Part shown: positions 9,674-20,917 of the stretch, in pieces
Layout: each line of letters starts with the position of its first letter
Position numbering within the stretch: position 1 is the stretch's first letter
Assembly (NCBI GenBank): GCA_051003195.1
Contig: JBPCLP010000028.1
Span: forward strand, 53,939 to 117,938
From: Candidatus Sumerlaeaceae bacterium
Lineage (GTDB): Bacteria; Sumerlaeota; Sumerlaeia; Sumerlaeales; Sumerlaeaceae
Direction: 5' to 3'
Length of the DNA: 64,000 nucleotides
The notes under the pieces: generated by a model
The model's database searches: none
What the model saw: the letters and a program-made list of their open reading frames with translations, nothing else
What the model was told of the DNA's origin: nothing
Translations under genes and position numbers: made by a program

Positions 9674-12600
9674 TTACCGGTGCAGCCACATCCTCATCAT
9701 CGACAGCAACTGCTCCTGGTCGACAGGCTTGGTGATGTAGTCGCTGGCGCCAGCTTCGATGCATTTCTCGCGGTCGCCCTTCATTGCCTTCGCCGTTACG
9801 GCAATAATCGGTAGCGACTTATAGCGCGGGAAATCACGGATAGCGCGGATGGCCTCGTAGCCGTCCATATCCGGCATCATGATATCCATCAGGATCAGAT
9901 CAACATCCGGCTGACGCTCCAGCATTTCCACGGCATCGCGGCCGCTCTCCGACGACATCACCTGCATTTGGTTGCGTTCAAGGATGCTGCTCATGGCAAA
10001 GATGTTGCGCGCATCGTCATCAACGATCAACGCCCGCTTGCCACCAAGCACGGTTGCCGGATCGTGAAGCCGCTCCACCATTCTCCGTTTGTCCTCCGGT
10101 AACGAGTTTACCGGGCGATGAAGGAACAACGCGGTCTCATCCAGTAGCCGCTCCGGTGAGCGAACATCCTTCACGATCACCGAGTGAACCAGCTTGTTCA
10201 GGTGCGCCTCTTCATCCTTTGTCAGGTCCTTGCCTGTATACACGACAATCGGCACGTGGCGTGCCACATCGTTCTTTTGCAGCTGTTCGATCGCTTCGAA
10301 CCCACTAAGACCGGGCAGGAGCAGATCGAGCACGATACAATCGAACCTCTCCTGCGAAGCTGCGGCCAGCGCCTCTTCCGCGCTACCCACCGCCGTTGTG
10401 TTTACGTCACCATTTCCGATCAGCCCCATAATGGCGTTCCGATCGCGTTCGTCATCCTCCACGATCAACAGGCGTTTGGCCGGCTTTTCGATGAACTCCG
10501 CAGCACGTTTAAAGACTTCTTCGAGTTTTTCACGGGCAACCGGTTTGGTCATCGCGTCAAATGCGCCACGTTTCACACCACGAGTCCGTTCCTCATCCAC
10601 CGAAATAATAACGACGGGGATGTGACGAGTACTGGAATCGGTTTTGAGTCGATCCAGGATCGTGAACCCATCAATATCAGGCAGGAAGATATCGAGCGTG
10701 ATCGCGTCTGGACGGAAGCCATGTGCCAGCGCGAGTGCAGTATCTCCGCGTGTCGCAACCAGCCCTTTAAAGCCGAGCTCACGCGCGACCTCAAGCAGCA
10801 CCTTGCCAAAGTTCCGGTCGTCCTCGACGATCAACATCACGCGATCGCCTGGCTTGATACTGGCCCGATCATCCGGCAGTTCAACGCCGGCCTGCCGTAG
10901 ATGTTCGGCACGGGAACTGGGTGTATAGACCGCACGGTCAGCACCTGCACTAATGCGCGCAGCCAGTGGCGAAAGCATTGTAGCACCACCTGCTGCAATC
11001 GCGCCGGCTGCTGCATAGCTTGTGCTGCCACTATAAGCCGCCGCGCTCGCAAGGGACGAGCCGTTTCCGTCGCCGTCTTCATCCTGCAATTCCTCGACGG
11101 GCTTGGGGGGAGTGGTCGACACATACTCCAGGGGCACATACAGCACAAAGGTGCTCCCCATTCCCGGCGTGCTGCTAAGCCGGATTTCGCCGCCGAGAAG
11201 ACGCGCAATTTCGCGGCTGATCGACAATCCCAGGCCCGTGCCGCCAAACTTGCGGTTGGTCGCGCCTTCTGCCTGTTGGAACGCCTCGAAGATAATGGCC
11301 TGTTTATCGAGCGGAATTCCGATGCCCGTGTCTTCCACGCTGAACGCGACGACCGACTCCGCCTTCGAAAGCACGGGATGCGCTTGTGAGTAACCTGCTT
11401 TTGCCTGGTGCATCCGCAGTTTGACATGGCCCTGCTCCGTGAACTTGAAAGCGTTCGCGAGCAGATTCTTCAGCACCTGCTGCAGGCGTTTCGGATCCGT
11501 ATGCATCGTTGCCGGCAGATCCGGGTCGGTTTCGATAATGAACTCGAGGTTTTTTTGCTCGCCGACATGGCGGAACGTGCGCTCGACGAAGTCCTCCAGA
11601 TCCACGAACGGCACTTCTTCGATGTCGAGCGTGACAGTTCCGGATTCGATCTTCGATAGATCCAGGATGTCGTTGATTAGCGAGAGCAGATCGCTGCCCG
11701 CGCCGTTGATCGTCTGCGCGTACTCGACCTGCCGCCCACTGAGGTTGCCCTCCGGATTGTCCGCTAACTGACGCGACAGGATGAGAAGCGAATTGAGCGG
11801 GGTGCGCAACTCGTGACTCATATTAGCCAGGAATTCGTTCTTGTACTTGGAGGTGAGGGTCAGCTGCGAAGCCTTCTCCTCCAGCGCCTCTTTCGCCAAT
11901 TCCACTTCGCGGTTCTTGCGTTCCACTTCCATGTTCTGGTCGGCCAGTTGCCGCGCCTTCTCTTCCAGTTCCGCGTTGGTCTGCTGCAGTTCCTGCTGGC
12001 GGCTTGTGAGTTCCTGCGCCAGGCTCTGCGACTGCTTCAGCAGCTCTTCTGTTCTCATGTTCGCTTCAATCGTGTTTAGCACGATGCCGATGGAATCGGT
12101 CAGTTGGTCGAGGAAGGTCAGGTGCGTATCGGTATAGCGCTCAAAGCTGGCCAGCTCGATGATAGCTTTAACCTGTCCTTCAAATACGACCGGCATAACA
12201 ACGATGTTGAGCGGAACTGCCTCACCGAGTCCTGAACTTATCTGGATATAGTCCGGGGGAACATTGGTCAGCAGAATCCGCTCCTTTTCCAGCGCCGTCT
12301 GTCCGACAAGTCCCTCGCCAAGACGGAAGCGGTTCGCCACCGTCTTCCGTTCCCGATAGGCATAACTGGACAGCAGCTTGAGAATTGGTTCTGTGCTACT
12401 GGTGTCCATGATGTAGAATACACCCTGGTGCGCAGAGACCACAGGAGCCAGTTCGCTCAGGATCAGGCGCCCTACCTCCAGCAGGTCTTTCTGCCCCTGC
12501 AGCATTCGTGTGAATTTCGCCAGGTTCGTCTTCAGCCAGTCCTGTTCAGTATTCTTCAGGCTGGTTTCGCGCAGGTTCACGATCATCTGGTTGATGTTGT

Positions 12601-15600
12601 CCTTGAGCAGGGCAACCTCGCCGCTCGCCGCGACATTGATTGACCGCGTGAGGTCGCCCTTCGTCACTGCGGTTGCCACATCTGCGATGGCGCGCAGCTG
12701 CGTGGTCAGCGAAGCAGCAAGCTGATTCACGTTGTCCGTGAGAGCACGCCATGTGCCGGCAGCGCCCGGGACATTGGCCTGGCCCCCCAGGCGGCCTTCG
12801 ACACCTACCTCGCGCGCAACGCCAGTGACCTGGTCGGCGAACGTTGCCAGCGTGTCGATCATGAAATTGATCGTGTCAGCCAACGCTGCAATTTCCCCCT
12901 TGGCCGCGAGGACCAACGTCTGGTTCAGGTCACCATTGGCGACCGCTGTGACGACTCGTGCGATGCCGCGGACCTGCTCGGTCAGGTTTCCAGCCATCAT
13001 GTTTACGGAGTCCGTGAGATCTTTCCACGTTCCCGCCACGCCTTTAACGTCGGCCTGGCCACCCAGCTTTCCTTCAGTGCCTACTTCGCGCGCGACACGA
13101 GTCACTTCCGACGCGAACGAGCTGAGCTGGTCCACCATTGTATTGATCGTGTTTTTCAGTTCGAGGATTTCGCCCTGCACGTCGACGGTGATCTTACGCG
13201 ACAGGTCGCCATTTGCAACTGCCGTCGTCACGTCGGCGATGTTACGAACCTGGCCCGTTAGATTCGCGGCCATAAGATTCACGTTTTCCGTCAGATCCTT
13301 CCAGGTTCCCGCCACACCGGAAACGTATGCCTGGCCCCCCAGCTTGCCCTCCGTTCCGACTTCGCGTGCAACACGCGTTACCTCGGAAGCAAAGGAGCGC
13401 AGCTGGTCCACCATCGTGTTGATCGTATCCTTCAGCTCAAGGATTTCGCCTTTCACGTCGACGGTAATCTTCTTGGACAGGTCGCCATTCGCCACCGCCG
13501 TCGTCACCTCGGCAATATTACGAACCTGCGCCGTCAGGTTGCCGGCCATCATGTTCACGGAGTCGGTGAGGTCTTTCCACGTCCCGGACACACCTTTAAC
13601 ATCTGCCTGGCCGCCGAGCCGTCCCTCCGAACCCACTTCTCGTGCCACACGTGTTACTTCCGACGCGAACGAGCTGAGCTGGTCCACCATCGTGTTGATG
13701 GTGTTCTTCAGCTCAAGAATCTCGCCTCGCACATCCACCGTAATTTTCTTTGATAGATCGCCATTCGCGACGGCCGTCGTTACCGCTGCGATGTTACGCA
13801 CCTGGCCCGTAAGATTCGCGGCCAGCAGGTTCACGTTGTCCGTCAGATCTTTCCACGTCCCGGACACGCCTTTAACGTCGGCCTGCCCGCCCAGTTTTCC
13901 TTCCGTACCCACCTCGCGCGCCACGCGCGTCACTTCCGACGCAAACGAACGAAGCTGGTCCACCATCGTGTTGATCGTATTTTTCAGTTCGAGAATTTCG
14001 CCGCGCACATCGACCGTGATCTTCTTGGAAAGGTCGCCATTCGCGACCGCCGTCGTCACTTCCGCGATGTTACGGACCTGGCCCGTAAGATTACCTGCCA
14101 TCATGTTTACCGAATCGGTAAGGTCTTTCCACGTACCGCTGACGCCCTTTACGTCGGCCTGGCCGCCGAGGCGCCCTTCCGAACCCACCTCGCGTGCGAC
14201 ACGCGTCACTTCGGACGCGAACGAGCTGAGCTGATCCACCATCGTGTTGATGGTGTTCTTGAGCTCCAGGATTTCGCCTTTAACGTCGACCGTGATTTTA
14301 CGCGAAAGGTCGCCATTCGCGACTGCCGTTGTCACTTCCGCGATATTACGCACCTGGCCCGTAAGATTCGCCGCCAGCATGTTCACGCTGTCCGTCAGGT
14401 CCTTCCACGTGCCGCTGACCCCTTTGACGTCGGCCTGGCCGCCCAGCTTACCTTCCACACCCACTTCGCGCGCGACACGGGTCACCTCAGAGGCAAACGA
14501 GCGGAGCTGATCCACCATCGTGTTGATCGTGTCTTTGAGTTCGAGAATTTCGCCGCGCACGTCCACCGTGATCTTGCGCGAAAGATCGCCGTTCGCGACG
14601 GCCGTTGTCACTTCAGCGATGTTACGTACCTGTGCGGTCAGGTTTCCAGCCATCATGTTCACCGAGTCCGTCAGATCCTTCCACGTCCCGCTGACACCTT
14701 TCACCTCGGCCTGGCCGCCCAGCCGACCTTCCGAACCTACTTCGCGCGCCACACGTGTCACTTCCGAAGCGAATGAACCGAGCTGATCCACCATCGTGTT
14801 GATCGTGTTCTTCAGCTCCAGGATTTCGCCTTTCACGTCGACCGTGATCTTACGCGACAGATCACCATTCGCGACAGCCGTTGTCACTTCGGCGATGTTA
14901 CGCACCTGGCCCGTAAGATTACCGGCCATCATGTTCACGCTGTCCGTCAGATCCTTCCACGTGCCGGACACGCCTTTAACGTCGGCCTGGCCCCCGAGCC
15001 GGCCTTCGGAACCCACCTCGCGTGCAACACGTGTCACTTCCGAAGCGAATGAACCGAGCTGATCCACCATCGTGTTGATCGTGTTTTTCAGCTCGAGAAT
15101 TTCTCCGCGGACATCGACGGTGATCTTTTTCGAAAGATCGCCATTAGCCACTGCGGTCGTAACAGCGGCAATGTTACGCACCTGGCCTGTCAGGTTTGCG
15201 GCGAGAAGGTTCACGTTGTCCGTCAGATCCTTCCACGTACCGCTGACGCCCTTAACGTCTGCCTGGCCTCCCAGCTTTCCTTCCGTACCCACTTCGCGCG
15301 CCACACGCGTCACTTCCGAAGCGAAGGATCCGAGCTGATCCACCATCGTATTGATTGTGTCTTTCAGCTCAAGAATCTCGCCGCGCACATCCACGGTAAT
15401 CTTCTTCGAAAGGTCGCCGTTCGCGACGGCGGTCGTCACCTCTGCGATGTTACGGACCTGGGCGGTAAGATTCGACGCCATCGAGTTCACCGAGTCCGTA
15501 AGATCCTTCCACGTACCGGCGACGCCCTTCACCTTCGCCTGTCCGCCAAGCTTACCTTCGGTACCCACCTCTCGAGCCACACGCGTCACTTCGGAAGCAA

Positions 15601-16087
15601 AGGAGCCAAGCTGGCTCACCATCGTGTTCACGGTTCGCGCGGTACGAAGAAACTCACCTTCCAGCGGACGCCCATCCACTTCCAGTTCCATGTTCTGGTT
15701 GAGGTCGCCTCGCGCCACGGCCCCGATCACGCGGCTCATCTCGTTGGTCGGACGCACCAGGTCGTCGATCAGGCCATTGATCGAATTCACCCACTCGCTC
15801 CAGTCACCGCCGACCTGCGGTAGCGTTGCCCGCTGCCCCAGCTTTCCCTCCTTGCCGACGACTCGCTGCAGGCGATTCACTTCCTTGACCATGCGGTCAT
15901 TCATTTCGAAAACATCGTTCAGCGTTTCGGCAATTTTGCCTTCGACGCCTGCCCATCCGATCGGTAGTCGGACGGAGAAATCACCCTTTCGAAACGCAGC
16001 GAGTGCGGACAGCAAATCTCGCATGTCGCACGGAATTTCTCGGGTGTTGGAAACGGTGGTTACGGGCTTCGCCCCACGAGGACTCAT
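9674..16087 (-). CDS. Cytoplasmic hybrid histidine kinase: poly-HAMP array, GAF, HisKA, HATPase, three receiver domains (group III/Nik1-like architecture)
   Basis: ~12 tandem 92-aa units; [15 protein letters not shown]-box; N, G1 (DTGIGI), F, G2 (GGTGLGL) boxes; three REC domains each with the phospho-Asp. Confidence 0.95.
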   Translation of the reverse strand: MSPRGAKPVTTVSNTREIPCDMRDLLSALAAFRKGDFSVRLPIGWAGVEGKIAETLNDVFEMNDRMVKEVNRLQRVVGKEGKLGQRATLPQVGGDWSEWVNSINGLIDDLVRPTNEMSRVIGAVARGDLNQNMELEVDGRPLEGEFLRTARTVNTMVSQLGSFASEVTRVAREVGTEGKLGGQAKVKGVAGTWKDLTDSVNSMASNLTAQVRNIAEVTTAVANGDLSKKITVDVRGEILELKDTINTMVDQLGSFASEVTRVAREVGTEGKLGGQADVKGVSGTWKDLTDNVNLLAANLTGQVRNIAAVTTAVANGDLSKKITVDVRGEILELKNTINTMVDQLGSFASEVTRVAREVGSEGRLGGQADVKGVSGTWKDLTDSVNMMAGNLTGQVRNIAEVTTAVANGDLSRKITVDVKGEILELKNTINTMVDQLGSFASEVTRVAREVGSEGRLGGQAEVKGVSGTWKDLTDSVNMMAGNLTAQVRNIAEVTTAVANGDLSRKITVDVRGEILELKDTINTMVDQLRSFASEVTRVAREVGVEGKLGGQADVKGVSGTWKDLTDSVNMLAANLTGQVRNIAEVTTAVANGDLSRKITVDVKGEILELKNTINTMVDQLSSFASEVTRVAREVGSEGRLGGQADVKGVSGTWKDLTDSVNMMAGNLTGQVRNIAEVTTAVANGDLSKKITVDVRGEILELKNTINTMVDQLRSFASEVTRVAREVGTEGKLGGQADVKGVSGTWKDLTDNVNLLAANLTGQVRNIAAVTTAVANGDLSKKITVDVRGEILELKNTINTMVDQLSSFASEVTRVAREVGSEGRLGGQADVKGVSGTWKDLTDSVNMMAGNLTAQVRNIAEVTTAVANGDLSKKITVDVKGEILELKDTINTMVDQLRSFASEVTRVAREVGTEGKLGGQAYVSGVAGTWKDLTENVNLMAANLTGQVRNIADVTTAVANGDLSRKITVDVQGEILELKNTINTMVDQLSSFASEVTRVAREVGTEGKLGGQADVKGVAGTWKDLTDSVNMMAGNLTEQVRGIARVVTAVANGDLNQTLVLAAKGEIAALADTINFMIDTLATFADQVTGVAREVGVEGRLGGQANVPGAAGTWRALTDNVNQLAASLTTQLRAIADVATAVTKGDLTRSINVAASGEVALLKDNINQMIVNLRETSLKNTEQDWLKTNLAKFTRMLQGQKDLLEVGRLILSELAPVVSAHQGVFYIMDTSSTEPILKLLSSYAYRERKTVANRFRLGEGLVGQTALEKERILLTNVPPDYIQISSGLGEAVPLNIVVMPVVFEGQVKAIIELASFERYTDTHLTFLDQLTDSIGIVLNTIEANMRTEELLKQSQSLAQELTSRQQELQQTNAELEEKARQLADQNMEVERKNREVELAKEALEEKASQLTLTSKYKNEFLANMSHELRTPLNSLLILSRQLADNPEGNLSGRQVEYAQTINGAGSDLLSLINDILDLSKIESGTVTLDIEEVPFVDLEDFVERTFRHVGEQKNLEFIIETDPDLPATMHTDPKRLQQVLKNLLANAFKFTEQGHVKLRMHQAKAGYSQAHPVLSKAESVVAFSVEDTGIGIPLDKQAIIFEAFQQAEGATNRKFGGTGLGLSISREIARLLGGEIRLSSTPGMGSTFVLYVPLEYVSTTPPKPVEELQDEDGDGNGSSLASAAAYSGSTSYAAAGAIAAGGATMLSPLAARISAGADRAVYTPSSRAEHLRQAGVELPDDRASIKPGDRVMLIVEDDRNFGKVLLEVARELGFKGLVATRGDTALALAHGFRPDAITLDIFLPDIDGFTILDRLKTDSSTRHIPVVIISVDEERTRGVKRGAFDAMTKPVAREKLEEVFKRAAEFIEKPAKRLLIVEDDERDRNAIMGLIGNGDVNTTAVGSAEEALAAASQERFDCIVLDLLLPGLSGFEAIEQLQKNDVARHVPIVVYTGKDLTKDEEAHLNKLVHSVIVKDVRSPERLLDETALFLHRPVNSLPEDKRRMVERLHDPATVLGGKRALIVDDDARNIFAMSSILERNQMQVMSSESGRDAVEMLERQPDVDLILMDIMMPDMDGYEAIRAIRDFPRYKSLPIIAVTAKAMKGDREKCIEAGASDYITKPVDQEQLLSMMRMWLHR
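12570..16020 (-). repeat. 276-bp (92-aa) tandem coding repeat forming the poly-HAMP array (ends approximate)
   Basis: [27 protein letters not shown] occurs 10 times nearly exactly, plus divergent first and last units; antisense ORF starts recur at 276-bp spacing (14244, 14520, 14796, 15072). Confidence 0.9.
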
Positions 16088-16313
16088 ACAACGACCTGTC
16101 TTTTAGATTGATTTGCAGTTTATAGTAACTCTAAACTCTACAAAGCAAGGCTTCTATTTAAAAAAACTGCCCACTTATTGGGCCTATTTAGGGAAGCCGT
16201 ATTCTCTCGAAAAAGCACGCCAAAGGCGTGCGGCGCTGCGCTTCTCATACACTCTGTGCACTCTCGGTAGGCGCAGTCCGAGCCGGTTGGAGAGGAGCTG
16301 TATTACGGCCGGG

Positions 16314-17231
16314 CTACGAGCCCTCACGTTCGAAGCGCCGCAGGACATCGTGGCTGATGGCGGGAGTACCCCCGGCCTGGGTGGCTACGTACGCCCCGGC
16401 TAAATTTGCTTTTCTCAACGAGTCGCGAAGGCTGTGGCCTGTTGCCAGGTGTAGCACAAAGGCCGCTGTAAAGGCGTCTCCCGAACCGACGGTGTCCTTC
16501 ACCTCAACCTTCACGCCCTCAGAGGCGGCATGCTCCCCCTTGGACCATGCTTCTGCTCCCATGGGACCGCGCGTAAGCACAACTGTCGCAATATCGAATT
16601 TTTGGATTAGATCCTGGACCGCATCAATCTCATTCGCTGGAAGGCCCAATTTAGGTCGCATAGCCGCGAGTTCGCCTTCGTTGAGCTTCAACACATCCGT
16701 CAACTCAAGCGTGGACCGCAGTACCTGTTCATCGTAGTGTGGCGGTCGCAGGTTGATGTCGCAAACGCGCAGGCAATTGGCGGGCGCGGAGGCCAGCGCC
16801 GCCTGGATGCTGGTGCGCGAGATCGCCGACCGCTGCGCGAGTGTCCCGAAGCACAGAATGTCAGCTTTATCCAGCAGGTAACGGTCGCCGTCGTAGAACT
16901 CAATGTAGTCCCATGCCACTTCAGGCGTGATCTCATAGCTGGCGGTGCCGCCTGCACCCAGCGTGACCGGCACTGTTCCCGTTGGTCGAACCGGATCGAC
17001 CTGGATGTAATCGCGCGGAAGGCCAATCTCCTCTGCACGATTGCGAATGAGGCTTCCCAGGTCGTCCCGGCCTACGCGCGAGATCAGGGAACCCGTTGCG
17101 CCGAACGCGTGCGCATGATAGGCGAAATTGAAAGGGGCGCCGCCAAGATGACGCTCTTCTCCGATGAGGTCCCACAACACTTCACCTATTGCGACAACAT
17201 TCAGATCCTCAACTGGAACCACACTCGCCAT
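16314..17231 (-). CDS. PfkB-family carbohydrate kinase (fructokinase-like)
   Basis: IGEVLWD, GGAPFN.A, DINLR, KLNEGE, DTVGSGDAF. Confidence 0.92.
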   Translation of the reverse strand: MASVVPVEDLNVVAIGEVLWDLIGEERHLGGAPFNFAYHAHAFGATGSLISRVGRDDLGSLIRNRAEEIGLPRDYIQVDPVRPTGTVPVTLGAGGTASYEITPEVAWDYIEFYDGDRYLLDKADILCFGTLAQRSAISRTSIQAALASAPANCLRVCDINLRPPHYDEQVLRSTLELTDVLKLNEGELAAMRPKLGLPANEIDAVQDLIQKFDIATVVLTRGPMGAEAWSKGEHAASEGVKVEVKDTVGSGDAFTAAFVLHLATGHSLRDSLRKANLAGAYVATQAGGTPAISHDVLRRFEREGS

Positions 17232-17270
17232 GTTTTGCCTCTCACCGTTTAATCACATGATGCAACCCAG

Positions 17271-18326
17271 CTACCGCTTGCGGCGAAACAGACCGTCAAT
17301 CTTCTTCTCATCCATGCCAAGCGCGCGGTAAACAAGCTGGTAACAGCCGATCGCATCCCGGTTCGCACGCGCCGCGTCGAACTCGGTGTCGTCAATAGAA
17401 TCAGCCACGTCGCACAGGAACTCCCACTGCTTCACACTCTGTATCGTGGCGGCTGCAGCGTCTTCGGTATAGGGATACAGATCGAATCCTACGCGTTCGC
17501 CTTTGTCGCCATATCCGCCCCGCTGCAGTTCCTTGGCGATCGCGATCGTTTCCATGAAGTTCAGGCAGCCTGTCATGTTGTCGTCGTCAAAAGTTCCCCA
17601 GCCGCTGTTTGCATGAAGGTGACCAAGTTTACCGAGGCTCATTAGCAGCGCTGCATATTCTGCGAGCGGCTCGCCGTTCATGATCAGGTGCTGGAAATCC
17701 ATGTTCACCGACAGCCGCGACGTATCGACTCCCGCATCCCTGATGCGCTGAATCGTAAACAGCGTCATGCCAATATTGCGCATGAGTATCTTCATGGCGG
17801 GCTCGCTGTTTTTGTGCTCCAGGAAAACTTTCACCTTTTTCGAAGCGGCATAGTCCACGACCTTGCCGACGTTCTTCACGAACGCATTCCACGTCTTAAC
17901 GTAATCAAGCTGGAATGGGTAATTGTACCCTTCTGCCCCCGGCCAGATGATGAGGTGCGCACCGGCCTGTTTCGCAATATCCACGGCGTTACAGGCAAGT
18001 TTTACAGCCAGGCGTTGCTTTGCCGGATCCGGATTAATAAACGAACCCTGGATAAAGTCGTCCATGCAGTGAAACCCAATCGCGACACAGTAGAGTTCTT
18101 TCTTTCCGAGCGCCTTAATGATGGCATCGTAGCTCTTCTCGTTGATTTCGCCGGGGTAATGGAACTCGTAGCTGTCGATGTAATCCCCGCAGGCGTCCAC
18201 AACCCTTTTCGTACGAGACACCATGTCCTCGTCGCGTGCCTCAAAGTGATAACCGCCGGGGACAAACCGCGTCGCATTTGGACCGAAAGCCCAGATGCCT
18301 ACCGAGTTTTTAATTCGTTTCCTCAT
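17271..18326 (-). CDS. Xylose/L-rhamnose isomerase-like TIM-barrel sugar isomerase
   Basis: WAFG, FHYP, IWPGAEG, EHKNSEP, DFQH, HLHAN, DDDN, FDLYP metal-binding motifs. Confidence 0.85.
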   Translation of the reverse strand: MRKRIKNSVGIWAFGPNATRFVPGGYHFEARDEDMVSRTKRVVDACGDYIDSYEFHYPGEINEKSYDAIIKALGKKELYCVAIGFHCMDDFIQGSFINPDPAKQRLAVKLACNAVDIAKQAGAHLIIWPGAEGYNYPFQLDYVKTWNAFVKNVGKVVDYAASKKVKVFLEHKNSEPAMKILMRNIGMTLFTIQRIRDAGVDTSRLSVNMDFQHLIMNGEPLAEYAALLMSLGKLGHLHANSGWGTFDDDNMTGCLNFMETIAIAKELQRGGYGDKGERVGFDLYPYTEDAAAATIQSVKQWEFLCDVADSIDDTEFDAARANRDAIGCYQLVYRALGMDEKKIDGLFRRKR

Positions 18327-18498
18327 GCATGCTCCATTAATTTTTCAACTACAGCAAAGGCTTGGAGCCGCATGTTCAATGGAAAGATGGACGTCAGCAA
18401 TGGCATCACACAGCCTTTGCCATCGGCCCTAACTCCATAGGCCAGCGACGTGCTTTGAAGGTTGCAACCCTCACAGGGCTGCAATGTCTGGCTGCTCT

Positions 18499-19014
18499 AT
18501 GGAAAATTCGGAAGCCCCACAGCGCGTGATAATTCGAAAGGCGCAGCCAGCCGACGCGGATGTGATGCTTGCGCTCATTGTAGCGCTCGCGGAATACGAA
18601 AAGATCGAGCCGCCCGATGAGCCGGCGCGGCACAGACTCGTGCGCGATGCTTTCAGTGATAAACCACGCTTCGAGGTACTCCTGGCAGAAACCGCGGAGC
18701 ACACCGCCATCGGCTATGCCTTCATCCTTGAGACCTATTCGAGCTTTAAGGCTTTGCCGACACTGTACCTCGAGGATATCTTTGTGTTGCCGGAAAAACG
18801 GGGAGCTGGAGCGGGCTTCGCCCTTTTCCGCGAAGTGGTACGGGAGGCCAGGAGGCGCGGGTGCAGCCGCGTCGATTTCCAGGTGTTGCGCTGGAACACA
18901 CTCGCTCAAGACTTCTATGCGCGGCTGGGAGCCGTGCACCTCGAGGACTGGTGGCCATACCGGCTGGAGGCTCAGCAGTTTGATGCGGTCGCCGATGCCT
19001 CACTTCGGCGATAA
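18499..19014 (+). CDS. GNAT family N-acetyltransferase (diamine acetyltransferase-like)
   Basis: LAEYEK, YSSF...LYLEDIFVLPEKRGAGAG, VLRWN..A.DFY..LGA. Confidence 0.9.
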   Translation: MENSEAPQRVIIRKAQPADADVMLALIVALAEYEKIEPPDEPARHRLVRDAFSDKPRFEVLLAETAEHTAIGYAFILETYSSFKALPTLYLEDIFVLPEKRGAGAGFALFREVVREARRRGCSRVDFQVLRWNTLAQDFYARLGAVHLEDWWPYRLEAQQFDAVADASLRR

Positions 19015-19043
19015 GGCACACAAAACGCGCAATAGGGCTTCAC

Positions 19044-19481
19044 ATGCGTTCGAATCATGAAAAGTTTATGCGGATGGCAATTGGGCGTGCCGAGGCCGGA
19101 GACGCTCCCTATGGAGCAGTCATGGTTCAAAATGGGATCGTCGTCGCTTCCTCTTTTAACACCGTGAAAGCAGATCGTGATCCTACGGCGCACGCCGAAA
19201 TTAAACTGGTTCGCGCGACGGTGCGCGAGCTTGGGCTCACCAATCTTGAGACGTGCACGATGTACAGCACGGTCGAACCATGTCCCATGTGCATGGGCGC
19301 CGCAATGCTGGCCGGCGTCGGGACCGTCGTGTATGGCGCCAGTATTCAGGAGGTAAAAGCATACCGACCCCAGATTGAGCTGAGCTGTCGCGAAGTGGCC
19401 GCTCGCGGGTTCCGAAAAATTGAAGTCATCGGCGGTGTGCTTGGTGACCTTTGCGTGGCGCCCTTTGGCCTCGGGAAATGA
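19044..19481 (+). CDS. Zinc-dependent nucleoside/nucleobase deaminase (guanine deaminase/TadA-like)
   Basis: PYGAV, DPTAHAE, STVEPCPMC. Confidence 0.88.
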   Translation: MRSNHEKFMRMAIGRAEAGDAPYGAVMVQNGIVVASSFNTVKADRDPTAHAEIKLVRATVRELGLTNLETCTMYSTVEPCPMCMGAAMLAGVGTVVYGASIQEVKAYRPQIELSCREVAARGFRKIEVIGGVLGDLCVAPFGLGK

Positions 19482-19486
19482 GCTGG

Positions 19487-20776
19487 TTAACCCTTCACAA
19501 TCAGCCCCGGCGTTGCGGCCTGTTTGACTTTGATAAGGCCCGTTTGCGGAAATGCCTTACCCAGGACTAACTTGCTGTCTGCCCCTAGCCACTGGTCCAG
19601 GATACTCGCATACACCCCGCGGAAATCGGTGGTATACTTCAGATCGCCCTGGTCCAGGTCCGTCAGGCTTGGCCGTTTGCCGGCCATCCCGGGATTAAGC
19701 ATATCGCCTACGAGGAACATTGGCGCGGCAGTTCCGTGGTCCGTGCCGCCGCTGGCATTTTCGCCGACACGCCGCCCAAACTCGCTGAACGTCATGATTA
19801 ATACGCGGTCGGAATTGCCCTGCGCCTGCATGTCGCGCTGAAATGCCGCGACGCCGTTTGCGAAACGCTCCAGGAGATTGTCATGCGAGTTGGCCTGGTT
19901 GGCGTGCGTATCGAAACCGGTAAGCGTCACGTAGTAAATACGGCTGGGTAAACCACCGGCGATCATCTTTGCGACCGTCTGCAGGCTGTTCGCGAATTGC
20001 TCGCGAGGATATTCCACGCCACCTTTATACTTCTTCGCGACTTCCCGAACGCGGTCGGAACTCAGCACGGCATTGTTGGTTACCTTACGCAGGAAATCCA
20101 GGGTGTCGTTGTGCGGTAATTCGTTCGCAGCGTTCAGCATCTGGAAATTCTTTTCCTTGGCCTCTCCCTGCCCCTCGGTCCAGCCGAAGGAGTTTGGATC
20201 CTGGAAGGCGACGCCAAACCCTTTCTGCCCGCCGAACGCCTGCGGACGCTCTCCTCCTACAGCGACTCCCGCTACTGGTTCTGCCGTGCCTCCGCACTGG
20301 TTGTCAAAGTAGCGCCCGATCCACCCGCTGTCCGAGTAGCGATCGCTGTCCACAGCCGTGTGCCAGATTTCCATCGAACGGAAATGGGAGCGGTTCGGAT
20401 TCGGGTATCCAACGCCTTCGATAACGCATAGCTTGCCCTGGTCGGCCAGTTCTTTGAATGCCTTCATCCTGGAGTTCAGTGCGACATCGCCGGTCAGCTT
20501 GATCAGCTTATCATCTTTAAGAGCTATCCGCGGACGGGCACGGTAGTACGCGTCATCGGTGAACGGCACAAGTGTGTTCAGACCATCGTTGCCACCACCC
20601 AGTTGCACGACCACCAGCACACGGTCATCCTTGAAACCGGGAATAGGCCCACCCAGTTCGGCATTGGCAGCGGCCGCCGCGCGCGCGAGGAACGCCGGCA
20701 TCGCGGCACCCACAGCAAAAATACTCGAGGCCCGGATAAATTCCCGGCGGGTGCAAAGAAGACAGTTATCGGACAT
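19487..20776 (-). CDS. DUF1501 family protein with twin-arginine signal
   Basis: TRREFIR, LGGGNDGLNT, GYPNPNRSHFRS, GFDTH, FSEFGRR..EN..GTDHG. Confidence 0.92.
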   Translation of the reverse strand: MSDNCLLCTRREFIRASSIFAVGAAMPAFLARAAAAANAELGGPIPGFKDDRVLVVVQLGGGNDGLNTLVPFTDDAYYRARPRIALKDDKLIKLTGDVALNSRMKAFKELADQGKLCVIEGVGYPNPNRSHFRSMEIWHTAVDSDRYSDSGWIGRYFDNQCGGTAEPVAGVAVGGERPQAFGGQKGFGVAFQDPNSFGWTEGQGEAKEKNFQMLNAANELPHNDTLDFLRKVTNNAVLSSDRVREVAKKYKGGVEYPREQFANSLQTVAKMIAGGLPSRIYYVTLTGFDTHANQANSHDNLLERFANGVAAFQRDMQAQGNSDRVLIMTFSEFGRRVGENASGGTDHGTAAPMFLVGDMLNPGMAGKRPSLTDLDQGDLKYTTDFRGVYASILDQWLGADSKLVLGKAFPQTGLIKVKQAATPGLIVKG

Positions 20777-20917
20777 TGTGCTGGCCTTTCCAGTTAAACG
20801 CAAAAGCGCGAAGCAGAGCGGAGTGGCTCCCGCTCAGTGTGGAATACATTCGAATTCCCAACGACAAATACTCGCGAGTCACCATGATGCCTGGCGCGGC
20901 TTGTGTTCCGCACTTCG

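Noticed and set aside
12570..16020. Regular repeats as a possible CRISPR array
   Set aside because: In-frame coding repeats with synonymous variation, no unique spacers and no cas genes.
12732..16106. 500-aa and repeated 88-aa plus-strand ORFs
   Set aside because: Antisense shadows of the poly-HAMP repeats; their periodicity mirrors the 276-bp coding unit.
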